Virus record (IMG/VR): IMGVR_UViG_2778261175_000004
DNA: 28,329 nucleotides
Source: a virus
Taxonomy: Duplodnaviria; Heunggongvirae; Uroviricota; Caudoviricetes
Direction: 5' to 3' (one strand)
Shown piece by piece: positions 1 to 12,508 of the stretch; the stretch's first letter is position 1; each line of letters opens with the position of its first letter. A program made the position numbers and the translations under genes. The notes under the pieces are model-generated. The model was not told where the DNA came from and did not search any database. It was given only the letters and a program-made list of their open reading frames with translations.

Positions 1-467
<467 letters not shown>

Positions 468-504
468 CAATGGCAGCATCGAACAGGTTATCGAAATCAG
501 CCAC
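468..504 (-). pseudogene. FII: Head-tail joining gene FII, 5' fragment of 12 codons, truncated by the IS insertion
   Basis: Reverse complement of 468-504 reads GTG GCT GAT TTC GAT AAC CTG TTC GAT GCT GCC ATT (V/M-ADFDNLFDAAI), matching the recalled lambda gpFII N-terminus. It is preceded by a GGGAGG ribosome-binding site and followed directly by IS sequence. Confidence 0.6.
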
Positions 505-515
505 AGTGCCTCCCG

Positions 516-911
516 TTATTGCATTCTGGCCAGGCCACGTTCTGTCATTTCGGCTGCCACACCGGCAGAGACACGAAACGCCGTTCCCGGCAGCACAAAT
601 GCCACAGCCTCATCCCGCGTGGCGTGAAGTGCATCGGTATGCAGCGTCACCAGTGCCACAACCGTGACCAGAGCAGCCGTATCAGTCACGGTATCCGTCT
701 GTGCTGATACCACCTCATTTTCATGTCCGGTCAGCGCATTTTCCGGGCTGACAGACGTGTCCTGACCGGCTGCGTCATCCGTGTCATCAAGCTCTTCTTC
801 CAGCTCTGCCACACGGAGCGCCAGTTCTTCTTTCGTCCCCGTCAGGCTGACATCACGGTTCAGTTGCTCACCCAGCGACCGGAGACGGGCAATCAGTTCA
901 TCTTTCGTCAT
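516..911 (-). CDS. FI: DNA-packaging / head assembly protein FI
   Basis: ORF 516..950 from the internal Met (MTKDELIARLRSLGEQLNRD...ERGLARMQ) is collinear with recalled lambda gpFI over 131 aa; ATG at 911..909. Confidence 0.9.
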   Translation of the reverse strand: MTKDELIARLRSLGEQLNRDVSLTGTKEELALRVAELEEELDDTDDAAGQDTSVSPENALTGHENEVVSAQTDTVTDTAALVTVVALVTLHTDALHATRDEAVAFVLPGTAFRVSAGVAAEMTERGLARMQ

Positions 912-952
912 GGACTCCTCCACAGAGAGAAAATGGCCCCGAAGGGCCATGA

Positions 953-1978
953 TTACGCCAGTTGAACGGACACGAACTCATCAGGATCAGCCAGCAGCAT
1001 CAGCGGTGCTGACTGAATCATGGTGAACTCTCGCGCCGGATCGCCGGATGTCTTCCAGTTTTTCGGATAACGGGGAGACGCATTAATACCCTCACTCAAT
1101 GCATCCGCATCCTGAATACAGCCATAGGTGCGCAGACCGCGTGCATGAGTGTTACCCAGCACCATCGTGTTGTCCGGCAGGAAGTTCTTTTTGACGCCGT
1201 TTTCCACGTACTGTCCGGAATACACGACGATGGCCACATCGCCATACATTCCCTTATAAGACACCGCTTTGCCCAGGTCTTTTACCGCTGTCTCCAGTTC
1301 GGAATGAGAGCCGCGACGGGTATCCAGCTTCTCCCTGACGGCTTTGAAGGAACGGAACAGCGCCCAGCCTTTCGGATCAAACACGATGATATTCACCACG
1401 CCGCTGGCGTTCAGCGCGTAGGCTTCGATATCGTCGGTCGGATCATACGTGGACTTGTCACGCTTGCTCCACTCCGTGCCGCCGGACTGCGTGATGTTGT
1501 TGGCCGCACTGCGGCCCATATCCACCTCAACCGGATCGAAGGCTTCACCGGTCATGGTGTATTTGCCCTTGAGCACGGCAGAAACGGCCTGCATCTCTTC
1601 GACCTGAGCAATGGCCAGCTCTTCGTCACGCATGTTCTGCATGATGATGCGACGGCGGCGGTAAGCCGGGTCCGCCAGATTCTGCGGATCTTCATCCGGC
1701 AGGCGACGCAGGGTCATCTGCGGATTCACCTCATGCTTCGGCTTGACATATCCCGGCGTAAATTCAGAGGTGGAGCCGCCACGGGAGCGGATAACCTCAC
1801 CGGAAACAATCGGCGAAACGTACAGCGCCATGTTTACCAGTCCCGGAATTTGTGAGAGATAGACTTTCTCCGTAGTGAAGGGATAGCTCTCACGGAAAAA
1901 GAGACGCAGAAACAGCGGATCAAACTTAAATTTCTGCTCATTTGCCGCCAGCAGCTGGGCGGTTGTGTACATCGACAT
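953..1978 (-). CDS. E: Major capsid protein E
   Basis: 341 aa, MSMYTTAQLLAANEQKFKFDPLFLRLFF...DEFVSVQLA; collinear with recalled lambda gpE at near identity. Confidence 0.97.
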   Translation of the reverse strand: MSMYTTAQLLAANEQKFKFDPLFLRLFFRESYPFTTEKVYLSQIPGLVNMALYVSPIVSGEVIRSRGGSTSEFTPGYVKPKHEVNPQMTLRRLPDEDPQNLADPAYRRRRIIMQNMRDEELAIAQVEEMQAVSAVLKGKYTMTGEAFDPVEVDMGRSAANNITQSGGTEWSKRDKSTYDPTDDIEAYALNASGVVNIIVFDPKGWALFRSFKAVREKLDTRRGSHSELETAVKDLGKAVSYKGMYGDVAIVVYSGQYVENGVKKNFLPDNTMVLGNTHARGLRTYGCIQDADALSEGINASPRYPKNWKTSGDPAREFTMIQSAPLMLLADPDEFVSVQLA

Positions 1979-2032
1979 AAAAAAATCCCGTAAAAAAGCC
2001 GCACAGGCGGCCTTTAGTGATGAAGGGTAAAG

Positions 2033-2365
2033 TTAAACGATGCTGATTGCCGTTCCGGCAAACGCGGTCCGTTTTTTCGTCTCGTCGCTGGCAGCCTCCG
2101 GCCAGAGCACATCCTCATAACGGAACGTGCCGGACTTGTAGAACGTCAGTGTGGTGCTGGTCTGGTCAGCAGCAACCGCAAGAATGCCAACGGCAGCACC
2201 GTCGGTGGTGCCATCCCACGCAACCAGCTTACGGGTGGAGGTGTCCAGCATCAGCGGGGTCATTGCAGGCGCTTTCGCACTCAATCCGCCGGGCGCGGTT
2301 GCGGTATGAGCCGGGTCACTGTTGCCCAGCGGCTGGTAATGGGTAAAGGTTTCTTTGCTCGTCAT
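2033..2365 (-). CDS. D: Head decoration protein D
   Basis: From the Met at 2365: [27 protein letters not shown]...GTAISIV, 110 aa, matches recalled lambda gpD. The track ORF starts 2 codons upstream (MFM...). Confidence 0.95.
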   Translation of the reverse strand: MTSKETFTHYQPLGNSDPAHTATAPGGLSAKAPAMTPLMLDTSTRKLVAWDGTTDGAAVGILAVAADQTSTTLTFYKSGTFRYEDVLWPEAASDETKKRTAFAGTAISIV

Positions 2366-2374
2366 AAACATCCC

Positions 2375-2770
2375 TTACACTGGTGTGTTCAGCAAATCGT
2401 TAACGGCATCAGATGCCGGGTTACCTGCAGCCAGCGGTGCCGGTGCCCCCTGCATCAGACGATCCAGCGCAGTGTCACTGCGCGCCTGTGCACTCTGTGG
2501 TGCTGCGGCCAGAATGCGGCGGGCCGTTTCCACGGTCATACCGGGGGTTTCTGCCAGCACGCGGGCCTGTTCTTCGCGTCCGTGAGCCTCCTCACAGTTG
2601 AGGATCCCCATAATGCGGCTGTTTTCTGCCGCAACCGCAGAGGTGATCTGCGCGTTCACGTCCGGCTGCGCCGCGCTGGCGTTTTCGCCCTCCGTCGCTG
2701 GCACCACGTCAGTAACGTCAGCCTGCGAAGCAGTGGCTGAAACAGTTGTTGATTGAGTCTCTTTGGTCAT
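2375..2770 (-). CDS. Nu3: Scaffolding protein Nu3, in-frame internal start within C
   Basis: Internal ATG at 2770..2768 preceded by AGGAGGGCGA; encodes MTKETQSTTVSATASQ...NDLLNTPV (131 aa), the C-terminal third of C, as known for lambda. An alternative in-frame Met at 2980 has no good ribosome-binding site. Confidence 0.6.
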   Translation of the reverse strand: MTKETQSTTVSATASQADVTDVVPATEGENASAAQPDVNAQITSAVAAENSRIMGILNCEEAHGREEQARVLAETPGMTVETARRILAAAPQSAQARSDTALDRLMQGAPAPLAAGNPASDAVNDLLNTPV

Positions 2771-3674
2771 TCGCCCTCCTGAGAGACGGGATTTACGTGC
2801 ATCCAGTGCATCACGCATAACGGTGATCGCATCGGTGCTGTTGACAAGTTCATCAGCCAGTCCGGCATCAATGGCCTCCTGACCGCTGTACACTGCAGCC
2901 TCGGTATCCAGCACAGCCTGCACGGACAGGCCGGTATATGCCGACACCTTCTGCGCAAACATCCGGCGGGTTGCATCCATCCGGGACTGCAGTGTCTCCC
3001 GGACGTCATCCGGAAGATGGCTGTAGGGGTTGCCATCCACCTTATGGCTGCCGCTGTAAATCAGCGTGATTTCCACGCCCTGTTTCTCCAGCGCAGCACC
3101 GTAATTACTGTGAGCCATCATGACGCCGATGGAGCCTGTCCGGGCGGTCTGCGTGACCAGACGCCGGGAGGCGGCGCTGGCAAGCAGCTGACCTGCACTG
3201 CAGTTTATGTCGTTGGCCAGCGCCCATACCGGTTTTATGTCTCGCACACGGGCGATGATGTCAGCACAGTCAAATGCTCCCGCCACCATCCCGCCTGGCG
3301 TATCCATATCGAGCAGAATGCCGTCCACCATCGGATCGCTGGCAGCCTGTTGCAGACGGGCGATAATGCCGTTGTAACCGGTCATTCCCGAATACGGCTG
3401 CAGCGCCCGTGTCCGGCTGACCAGCGTACCGGACACCGGCAGCACGGCGATGCCGTTCATGACCTGATAACTGCGGGCCTGTCGTGGTCCGTCATCATCA
3501 CCGGATAACGCCAGCGCCGCGGGTGCCTCTCCGGCAGTCAGGCTGTCGCCGGACACCGCATCCGTCAGGCGACTGATCCCAAGCTGGCCTGCAAGCGCAC
3601 AAAAGAAAACCCGCGCATAGGCGGGTTCAAGCATCAGCGGCTCATTAAAAGCCATGCTGGCAATATGCGGGAGA

Positions 3675-3694
<20 letters not shown>
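2375..3694 (-). CDS. C: Prohead protease / head assembly protein C, GTG start
   Basis: 439 aa from GTG at 3694..3692 (VTAELRNLPHIASMAFNEPLMLEPAYARVFF...) matches recalled lambda gpC. A GGAGGAG ribosome-binding site lies immediately upstream, and the 1320-nt length and 20-nt overlap with B match the lambda layout. The longer 484-aa track ORF from 3829 would sit deep inside B. Confidence 0.88.
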
Positions 3695-7375
<3,681 letters not shown>

Positions 7376-7401
<26 letters not shown>

Positions 7402-7921
7402 TCAGCAACCCCGGTATCAGTTCATCCAGCGCGGCTGCTTTGTTCATGGCTTTGATGATATCCCGTTTCAGGAAATCAACATGTCGGTTTTCCAGTTCCG
7501 GAAAACGCCGCTGCACCGACAGGGGGATCCCGTCGAGAATACTGGCAATTTCACCTGCGATCCGCGACAGCACGAAAGTACAGAATGCGGTTTCCACCAC
7601 TTCAGCGGAGTCTCTGGCATTTTTCAGCTCCTGTGCATCAGCCTGCGCACGCGTAAGTCGATGGCGTTCGTACTCAATAGTCCCTGGCTGGAGATCTGTC
7701 TCGCTGGCCTGCCGCAGTTCTTCAACCTCCCGGCGCAGCTTTTCGTTCTCAATTTCAGCATCCCTTTCGGCATACCATTTTATGACGGCGGCAGAGTCAT
7801 AAAGCACCTCATTACCCTTGCCACCGCCTCGCAGAACGGGCATTCCCTGTTCCTGCCAGTTCTGAATGGTACGGATACTCGCACCGAAAATGTCAGCCAG
7901 CTGCTTTTTGTTGACTTCCAT
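7376..7921 (-). CDS. Nu1: Terminase small subunit Nu1
   Basis: 181 aa, MEVNKKQLADIFGASIRTIQNWQEQGMPVLRGGGKGNEVLYDS...; matches recalled lambda gpNu1. Confidence 0.95.
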
Positions 7922-8130
7922 TGTTCATTCCACGGACAAAAACAGAGAAAGGAAACGACAGAGGCCAAAAAGCTCGCTTTCAGCACCTGTCGTTCCTTTC
8001 TTTTCAGGGGGTATTTTAAATAAAAACATTAAGTTACGACGAAGAAGAACGGAAACGCCTTAAACCGGAAAATTTTCATAAATAGCGAAAACTCGCGAGG
8101 TCGCCGCCCCGTAACCTGCCGGATCGCCGG
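7922..8130 (-). other. cos: cos site: cosB between Nu1 and cosN, the 12-nt cohesive-end sequence (about 8098-8109), and cosQ-side flank
   Basis: Reverse complement of 8098-8109 is GGGCGGCGACCT, the lambda cohesive end. The surrounding reverse-complement sequence (ACGGGTCCTTTCCGG.GATCCG.CAGGTTACG | GGGCGGCGACCTCGCG.GTTTTCGCTATTTATGAAAATTTTCCGGTTTAAGGCG) matches the recalled lambda right-end/left-end junction with a few substitutions. Confidence 0.85.
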
Positions 8131-8194
8131 AAAGGACCCGTTGGCCGTTCTGGTCTACTTCGTAATGGGATTTAATAGCTGAACGACAAAAGTC

Positions 8195-8419
8195 TTGCGA
8201 CCACAGTCACACAGACCTGAATACACGTCCTGTTTCTTCCACCCCCGCACAGGACTGGCGAGCATGAGGGACACCCCCGCGAACCATAAACGCGGTAAAA
8301 ACCCGGTGTGCATCGTTTTTGATTATTCCCGCACACTCACGCAGAAGGAATTCCCCGTCGGGCTACGGTCATGGTTAATGCGGGAATACGGCGACGATAC
8401 AGCGCTGCTAAAAGGGTAA
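8195..8419 (+). CDS. Hypothetical small protein between cos and bor; could start at the internal Met (51 aa)
   Basis: Open frame only; no recognisable motif. K-12 DLP12 carries small ybcV/ybcW genes at this position but I cannot confirm similarity. Confidence 0.2.
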   Translation: MRPQSHRPEYTSCFFHPRTGLASMRDTPANHKRGKNPVCIVFDYSRTLTQKEFPVGLRSWLMREYGDDTALLKG

Positions 8420-8463
8420 TGAACAGATAGAGCGGTTTATTTCATTACACAGGATTCTGAGTG

Positions 8464-8473
8464 CCCCCCCCCC
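8464..8473. repeat. Homopolymeric C10 tract followed by TCCTCC, about 115 bp upstream of the bor start
   Basis: Direct reading: GTG CCCCCCCCCC TCCTCC at 8461-8479. Confidence 0.9.
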
Positions 8474-8589
8474 TCCTCCAATAGGCTGAGCATCCACCTA
8501 TATAGTTTTAATTTTCATCAATCCATTTAACTATCGTTTAATTGTTGTCACATAGGATTCTGCCGTTTTTAACAATGCAGGATAATAAG

Positions 8590-8883
8590 ATGAAAAAAAT
8601 GTTGTTTTCTGCCGCTCTGGCAATGCTTATTACAGGATGTGCTCAACAGACGTTTACTGTTGGAAACAAACCGACAGCAGTAACACCAAAGGAAACCATC
8701 ACCCATCATTTCTTCGTTTCGGGAATTGGACAGGAGAAAACTGTTGATGCAGCCAAAATTTGTGGCGGCGCAGAAAATGTTGTTAAAACAGAAACCCAGC
8801 AAACATTCGTAAATGGATTTCTCGGTTTTATTACTTTAGGCATTTATACTCCGCTGGAAGCGCGTGTGTATTGCTCACAATAA
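8590..8883 (+). CDS. bor: Bor lipoprotein (serum-resistance outer-membrane lipoprotein)
   Basis: From the Met at 8590: MKKMLFSAALAMLITGCAQQTFTV...LEARVYCSQ, 97 aa with lipobox LITGC; matches recalled lambda Bor / DLP12 BorD. Oriented opposite to the late genes, as in lambda. Confidence 0.9.
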   Translation: MKKMLFSAALAMLITGCAQQTFTVGNKPTAVTPKETITHHFFVSGIGQEKTVDAAKICGGAENVVKTETQQTFVNGFLGFITLGIYTPLEARVYCSQ

Positions 8884-8914
8884 TTGCATGAGTTGCCCAT
8901 CGATATGGGCAGCT

Positions 8915-9376
8915 CTATCTGCACTGCTCATTAATATACTTCTGGGTTCCTTCCAGTTGTTTTTGCATAGTGATCAGCCTCTCTCTGAGGGTGAAATAAT
9001 CCCGTTCAGCGGTGTCTGCCAGTCGGGGGGAGGCTGCATTATCCACGCCGGAGGCGGTGGTGGCTTCACGCACTGACTGACAGACTGCTTTGATGTGCAA
9101 CCGACGACGACCAGCGGCAACATCATCACGCAGAGCATCATTTTCAGCTTTCGCATCAGCTAACTCCTTCGTGTATTTTGCATCGAGCGCAGCAACATCA
9201 CGCTGACGCATCTGCATGTCAGTAATTGCCGCGTTCGCCAGCTTCAGTTCTCTGGCATTTTTGTCGCGCTGGGCTTTGTAGGTAATGGCGTTATCACGGT
9301 AATGATTAACAGCCCATGACAGGCAGACGATGATGCAGATAACCAGAGCGGAGATAATCGCGGTTACTCTGTTCAT
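8915..9376 (-). CDS. Rz: Spanin inner-membrane subunit Rz (i-spanin)
   Basis: From the Met at 9376: [44 protein letters not shown]..., 153 aa; matches recalled lambda Rz / DLP12 RzpD. Confidence 0.9.
   Translation of the reverse strand: MNRVTAIISALVICIIVCLSWAVNHYRDNAITYKAQRDKNARELKLANAAITDMQMRQRDVAALDAKYTKELADAKAENDALRDDVAAGRRRLHIKAVCQSVREATTASGVDNAASPRLADTAERDYFTLRERLITMQKQLEGTQKYINEQCR
8974..9156 (-). CDS. Rz1: Spanin outer-membrane lipoprotein Rz1 (o-spanin), embedded in the +1 frame of Rz
   Basis: 60 aa, [60 protein letters not shown]; lipobox plus proline-rich tail; wholly inside Rz, as known for lambda. Confidence 0.85.
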   Translation of the reverse strand: MRKLKMMLCVMMLPLVVVGCTSKQSVSQCVKPPPPPAWIMQPPPDWQTPLNGIISPSERG

Positions 9377-9870
9377 TGCTGACCCCACAAACAGATTTCA
9401 CGCTCAATCTCACGACGAGTCATGAGACCTTTCCATTGCTTACCGCCAGCATATGTCCAGCGACGTAGCTGATCACATGCGCCTTTGATATCGCCCTGGT
9501 TTATTTTGCGAAGAAGCGTCGATGTTCTGAAATTGCCAGCACCCACGTTGTAAACGAATGAGTAAAGAGCGCCGCGCGTTGTTTCCGGTATATCGACTTT
9601 GATGTACGGGTTAATTTGTCTGGCGACAGTGGCAAGGTCTTTATTCAAGAGTGCTTTGCATTCTGCTTTGGTATACGTTTTACCGAGCATGATGTCTTTT
9701 CCTGTATGCCCGTGACATACAGTCCATACACCAACAATATCTTTGTATGGTATGTAGCTGACACCCTCCAGACCATCGTTACCACTTGAGCCAGTGATTA
9801 ACACTGATGCTATAGCAATTGCTCCGCCACCAATAGCAGCAGCAACGGCTTTTCGTAATGATGGAGGCAT
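9373..9870 (-). CDS. R: SAR (signal-anchor-release) endolysin, phage 21 R / DLP12 RrrD type lysozyme
   Basis: 165 aa, [57 protein letters not shown]...; N-terminal Gly/Ala-rich SAR domain; matches recalled RrrD. Confidence 0.9.
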   Translation of the reverse strand: MPPSLRKAVAAAIGGGAIAIASVLITGSSGNDGLEGVSYIPYKDIVGVWTVCHGHTGKDIMLGKTYTKAECKALLNKDLATVARQINPYIKVDIPETTRGALYSFVYNVGAGNFRTSTLLRKINQGDIKGACDQLRRWTYAGGKQWKGLMTRREIEREICLWGQQ

Positions 9871-10085
9871 TATTCACCTCTCGCAGCCTTGCGCTTATCT
9901 TCTTTAATCTTGAAATAAAGGTTTGTCAGGTACGTCAGCAAGCCAAATACCAAGCTACCCAGCACACCTATTGCTGCCCACTGTGAGGGCGTGACTTTAT
10001 CGAGCAGCTGTAAAAACCAGTAGCCAGCACTGCCTGCGGAGGTGCCGTAGGCAATGCCCGTTGTTAACTTATCCATGGATTTCAT
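9870..10085 (-). CDS. S: Pinholin, S21 / EssD type, with dual-start motif
   Basis: 71 aa, [31 protein letters not shown]...[13 protein letters not shown]; Met1 and Met4 give the holin/antiholin dual start; matches recalled S21/EssD. Confidence 0.9.
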   Translation of the reverse strand: MKSMDKLTTGIAYGTSAGSAGYWFLQLLDKVTPSQWAAIGVLGSLVFGLLTYLTNLYFKIKEDKRKAARGE

Positions 10086-10180
10086 AGCCTCACCTCCGCA
10101 AATAACGGATGGTGTACACGGTTCGGAACGAAGAGGAAAGGTATAGAAGTTACATTAGCGTAAGGCTTGAACATCTATTC

Positions 10181-10211
10181 AAAAAGAAAAACGCCAGCGA
10201 TTATTCTGGCG
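10181..10211 (-). terminator. Putative rho-independent terminator downstream of the AraC-family gene, upstream of the holin
   Basis: On the minus strand: CGCCAG-AATAATCG-CTGGCG followed by TTTTTCTTTTT (forward 10192-10211 stem-loop, A-run 10181-10191). Confidence 0.45.
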
Positions 10212-10273
10212 TAGCTGAAAGCATCATACAATTATCAAATACGAAAATTACAAAATCATTAAAACGCATCACG

Positions 10274-11005
10274 TTACATCATGTCTTTTTCTAAAAAAAG
10301 TCTTGATGAATATTGATGGGGAGGAACACCAAAATATCTTCTGAAAACACTCACAAAATATGACGTGTTTTCATAACCGCATATCTCAGCAACTTTTCCA
10401 ACAGAATATAAATTGTAGCTTAATAACCTTTCCGCCATCACCATTCGCTCTTCAAGAATTAACTTACTAAATGATAAGCCTTCGTGCTTTAATTTTCTTT
10501 TTAACAGACTTTCACTCAGATACAGTCTTGAAGATATATCACAAAGTCTCCATGCTGCAGATATATCCGTGTGAATAATAGCCTTAACTTTACTTCCTAA
10601 ACTATTAAGACATCCAAATAAAAAACTTTGCACTATTTTCTCTGAAGATAAGATAGCAAGACATGCAAGTGATATTTGATTTCTAACAAAATCCACAGTT
10701 CTGCCATCACAATTCAAGCATGCAATCAAGTTCTTTAACAATGAAAAATCTTCACATTCCACCATCAAGTATGCCGGATAAAACCTTCTTACAGAAAAAG
10801 GTGAGAGTGTGTTGCTTTTAAAGAAATCATTAACTGTTTTCTCTTCAACATCTACGATCATTACATGATCTATATTTGATGAAAAAAAATCTTTTAAATT
10901 GTAATCAATGAGAACAGCACTTCCTTTTTTAAACAAAATATCTTCTTTACCAATTCGGACATCAAACGAGTTCAACACCAAAATGATAGAACATATGTAT
11001 GGCAT
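10274..11005 (-). CDS. AraC-family transcriptional regulator (AppY-like), AT-rich cargo gene
   Basis: C-terminal AraC helix-turn-helix region (...KVAEICGYENTSYFVSVFRRYFGVPPHQY). N-terminus MPYICSIILVLNSFDV resembles recalled AppY MDYVCSVVFICQSFDL. ATG at 11005 has an AGGTGG ribosome-binding site; the track ORF begins 3 codons upstream at a GTG. Low GC relative to flanking phage genes. Confidence 0.8.
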   Translation of the reverse strand: MPYICSIILVLNSFDVRIGKEDILFKKGSAVLIDYNLKDFFSSNIDHVMIVDVEEKTVNDFFKSNTLSPFSVRRFYPAYLMVECEDFSLLKNLIACLNCDGRTVDFVRNQISLACLAILSSEKIVQSFLFGCLNSLGSKVKAIIHTDISAAWRLCDISSRLYLSESLLKRKLKHEGLSFSKLILEERMVMAERLLSYNLYSVGKVAEICGYENTSYFVSVFRRYFGVPPHQYSSRLFLEKDMM

Positions 11006-11356
11006 ATTATCCACCTGATATCATTGGGGTTACACCAGGTAAGTATAGGTGGAAAATCAATATTCGCCAGTTCAACAATAAGGAAAATCTCATTGCATCA
11101 CAAGTATAAAATTATGTATTTAACTCACAAAGACAAATTATTAAACCAATCTGTTATATTATATATAGCTGCGTGGAATCATAATATTATATATTTTGAC
11201 TGGCATGTTTACCAACTTTAAGTTGCATCTCAATGGTTTCTTCAGCGTAAACAGAGTTTTTATACAAACTGACACTCTGGGTATCATAGTGTAGTTTTTA
11301 CGATTGTAAATATCCTGCATGCAGGAACTCATCCTTTTGGATGATATCGCATACAA

Positions 11357-12316
11357 TTAATTTACCATCAGTCTTAGAGCCAGTTCGTCCGGATAGGGAT
11401 CGAAGTAATTCTGTGTAAGCAAGTAATCATTAGGATACTCACCCAGATAATGCTTCAGCAGAGTCAACGGCGCAAGAAGAGGTAATGTGCCAGAACGATA
11501 GTTAAGTATAACCTCGCTCAACTCTTTACGCTGGCGTGTACTTAAGTAGTTACTAAAATACCCCTGTATATGCATCAGCACATTCGTGTGATTTTTACGT
11601 GATGCAGGTTTTCTGAGAATCGCCATCAGCTTATCACGATACACCTCAAAGTATGATTCAAGGTCCGCCCACTCGTGTATTGCAGCCACAAATGGTCCCA
11701 TATCTTTATAGCCTGCCTGACTATGCGCCAACAACTGAAGCTTATAACGACTATGAAAAGCTAATAACTCTCTTCTTGATAATTTCTCCTTGTAAAGGTG
11801 ATTGAGCTCATGCAAAGCAAAAACTCTTTCAACAAAATTCTCACGAAGCACTGGATCATGTAATCGCCCATCCTCTTCAACCGGTAGCCAGGAAAACTTT
11901 TCCATCAAAGTGCTCGTAAATAGTCCCACTCCATCTTTACGACCTCGATTACCATTTTCATCATAGACACGCACGCGCTCCATGCCACAGCTGGGAGATT
12001 TAGCACAAACCACAAACCCCGATACATCCTTTAATTTGTCCATATAAGAACGACTAAACTCTGTCATTCTCTCTGTCACATCCTCATTCTGGTCGTGGCT
12101 GAAACACATCCGTATATTTCCTTGCGTCGAGCGCACAAGACGTAGAGCAGGACGCGGAACTGGCAGCCCTATAGCCATTTCCGGACATACTGGTCTGAAT
12201 GTTACCCATTCCACTAATTTGTCCATTAAAAAGTCAGCTCTTTTGTGACCACCATCAAAACGAACAGCAGAGCCGGCCAAACAACCGCTGATTCCAATCA
12301 CAGGTTTTTTTATCAT
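11357..12316 (-). CDS. TudS/RudS-like thio-nucleobase desulfidase: DUF523 [4Fe-4S] domain fused to DUF1722
   Basis: 319 aa. N-terminus MIKKPVIGISGCLAGSAVRFDGGHKR with further Cys in PVCPEM and AKSPSCGM fits the recalled DUF523 (TudS) cluster-binding pattern. The C-terminal half (about 170-319) fits the DUF1722 size and position seen in RudS-type fusions. Strong GGGGGAGA ribosome-binding site. Domain assignment is from memory, not a profile search. Confidence 0.65.
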   Translation of the reverse strand: MIKKPVIGISGCLAGSAVRFDGGHKRADFLMDKLVEWVTFRPVCPEMAIGLPVPRPALRLVRSTQGNIRMCFSHDQNEDVTERMTEFSRSYMDKLKDVSGFVVCAKSPSCGMERVRVYDENGNRGRKDGVGLFTSTLMEKFSWLPVEEDGRLHDPVLRENFVERVFALHELNHLYKEKLSRRELLAFHSRYKLQLLAHSQAGYKDMGPFVAAIHEWADLESYFEVYRDKLMAILRKPASRKNHTNVLMHIQGYFSNYLSTRQRKELSEVILNYRSGTLPLLAPLTLLKHYLGEYPNDYLLTQNYFDPYPDELALRLMVN

Positions 12317-12508
12317 ATTCTCCCCCTTGACTAATTCATTAACACATAAACTGTGTAGTGCACGGAATAAATTGCCTTTCTGGCGTCATCACTGACAATT
12401 TTTCTGTTATAGACTATTCCTAATATAGTATGAAAGTTCTTTAAGTGATCGGTCGTAATCATCTATCTTTCATACTTACTCTCAACTATCAAAAGTACAG
12501 GATTTATT

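Noticed and set aside
8864-9076. Plus-strand ORF 8864..9076 and track ORF 8569..8802 (-) near bor and Rz
   Set aside because: They overlap bor or Rz/Rz1 on the opposite strand and lack support; Rz1 is the genuine embedded gene here.
8915-10085. Lysis cassette as a novel chimera of phage 21 holin/endolysin with lambda Rz/Rz1
   Set aside because: The same combination (essD, rrrD, rzpD) is what I recall from K-12 DLP12, so it is a known arrangement rather than a new joint.
11024-11356. Small ORFs 11024..11221 (+) and 11159..11356 (-) in the AT-rich spacer between the AraC and RudS-like genes
   Set aside because: Very AT-rich with frequent Ile/Asn/Lys/Tyr codons, no ribosome-binding sites; most likely promoter or spacer DNA.
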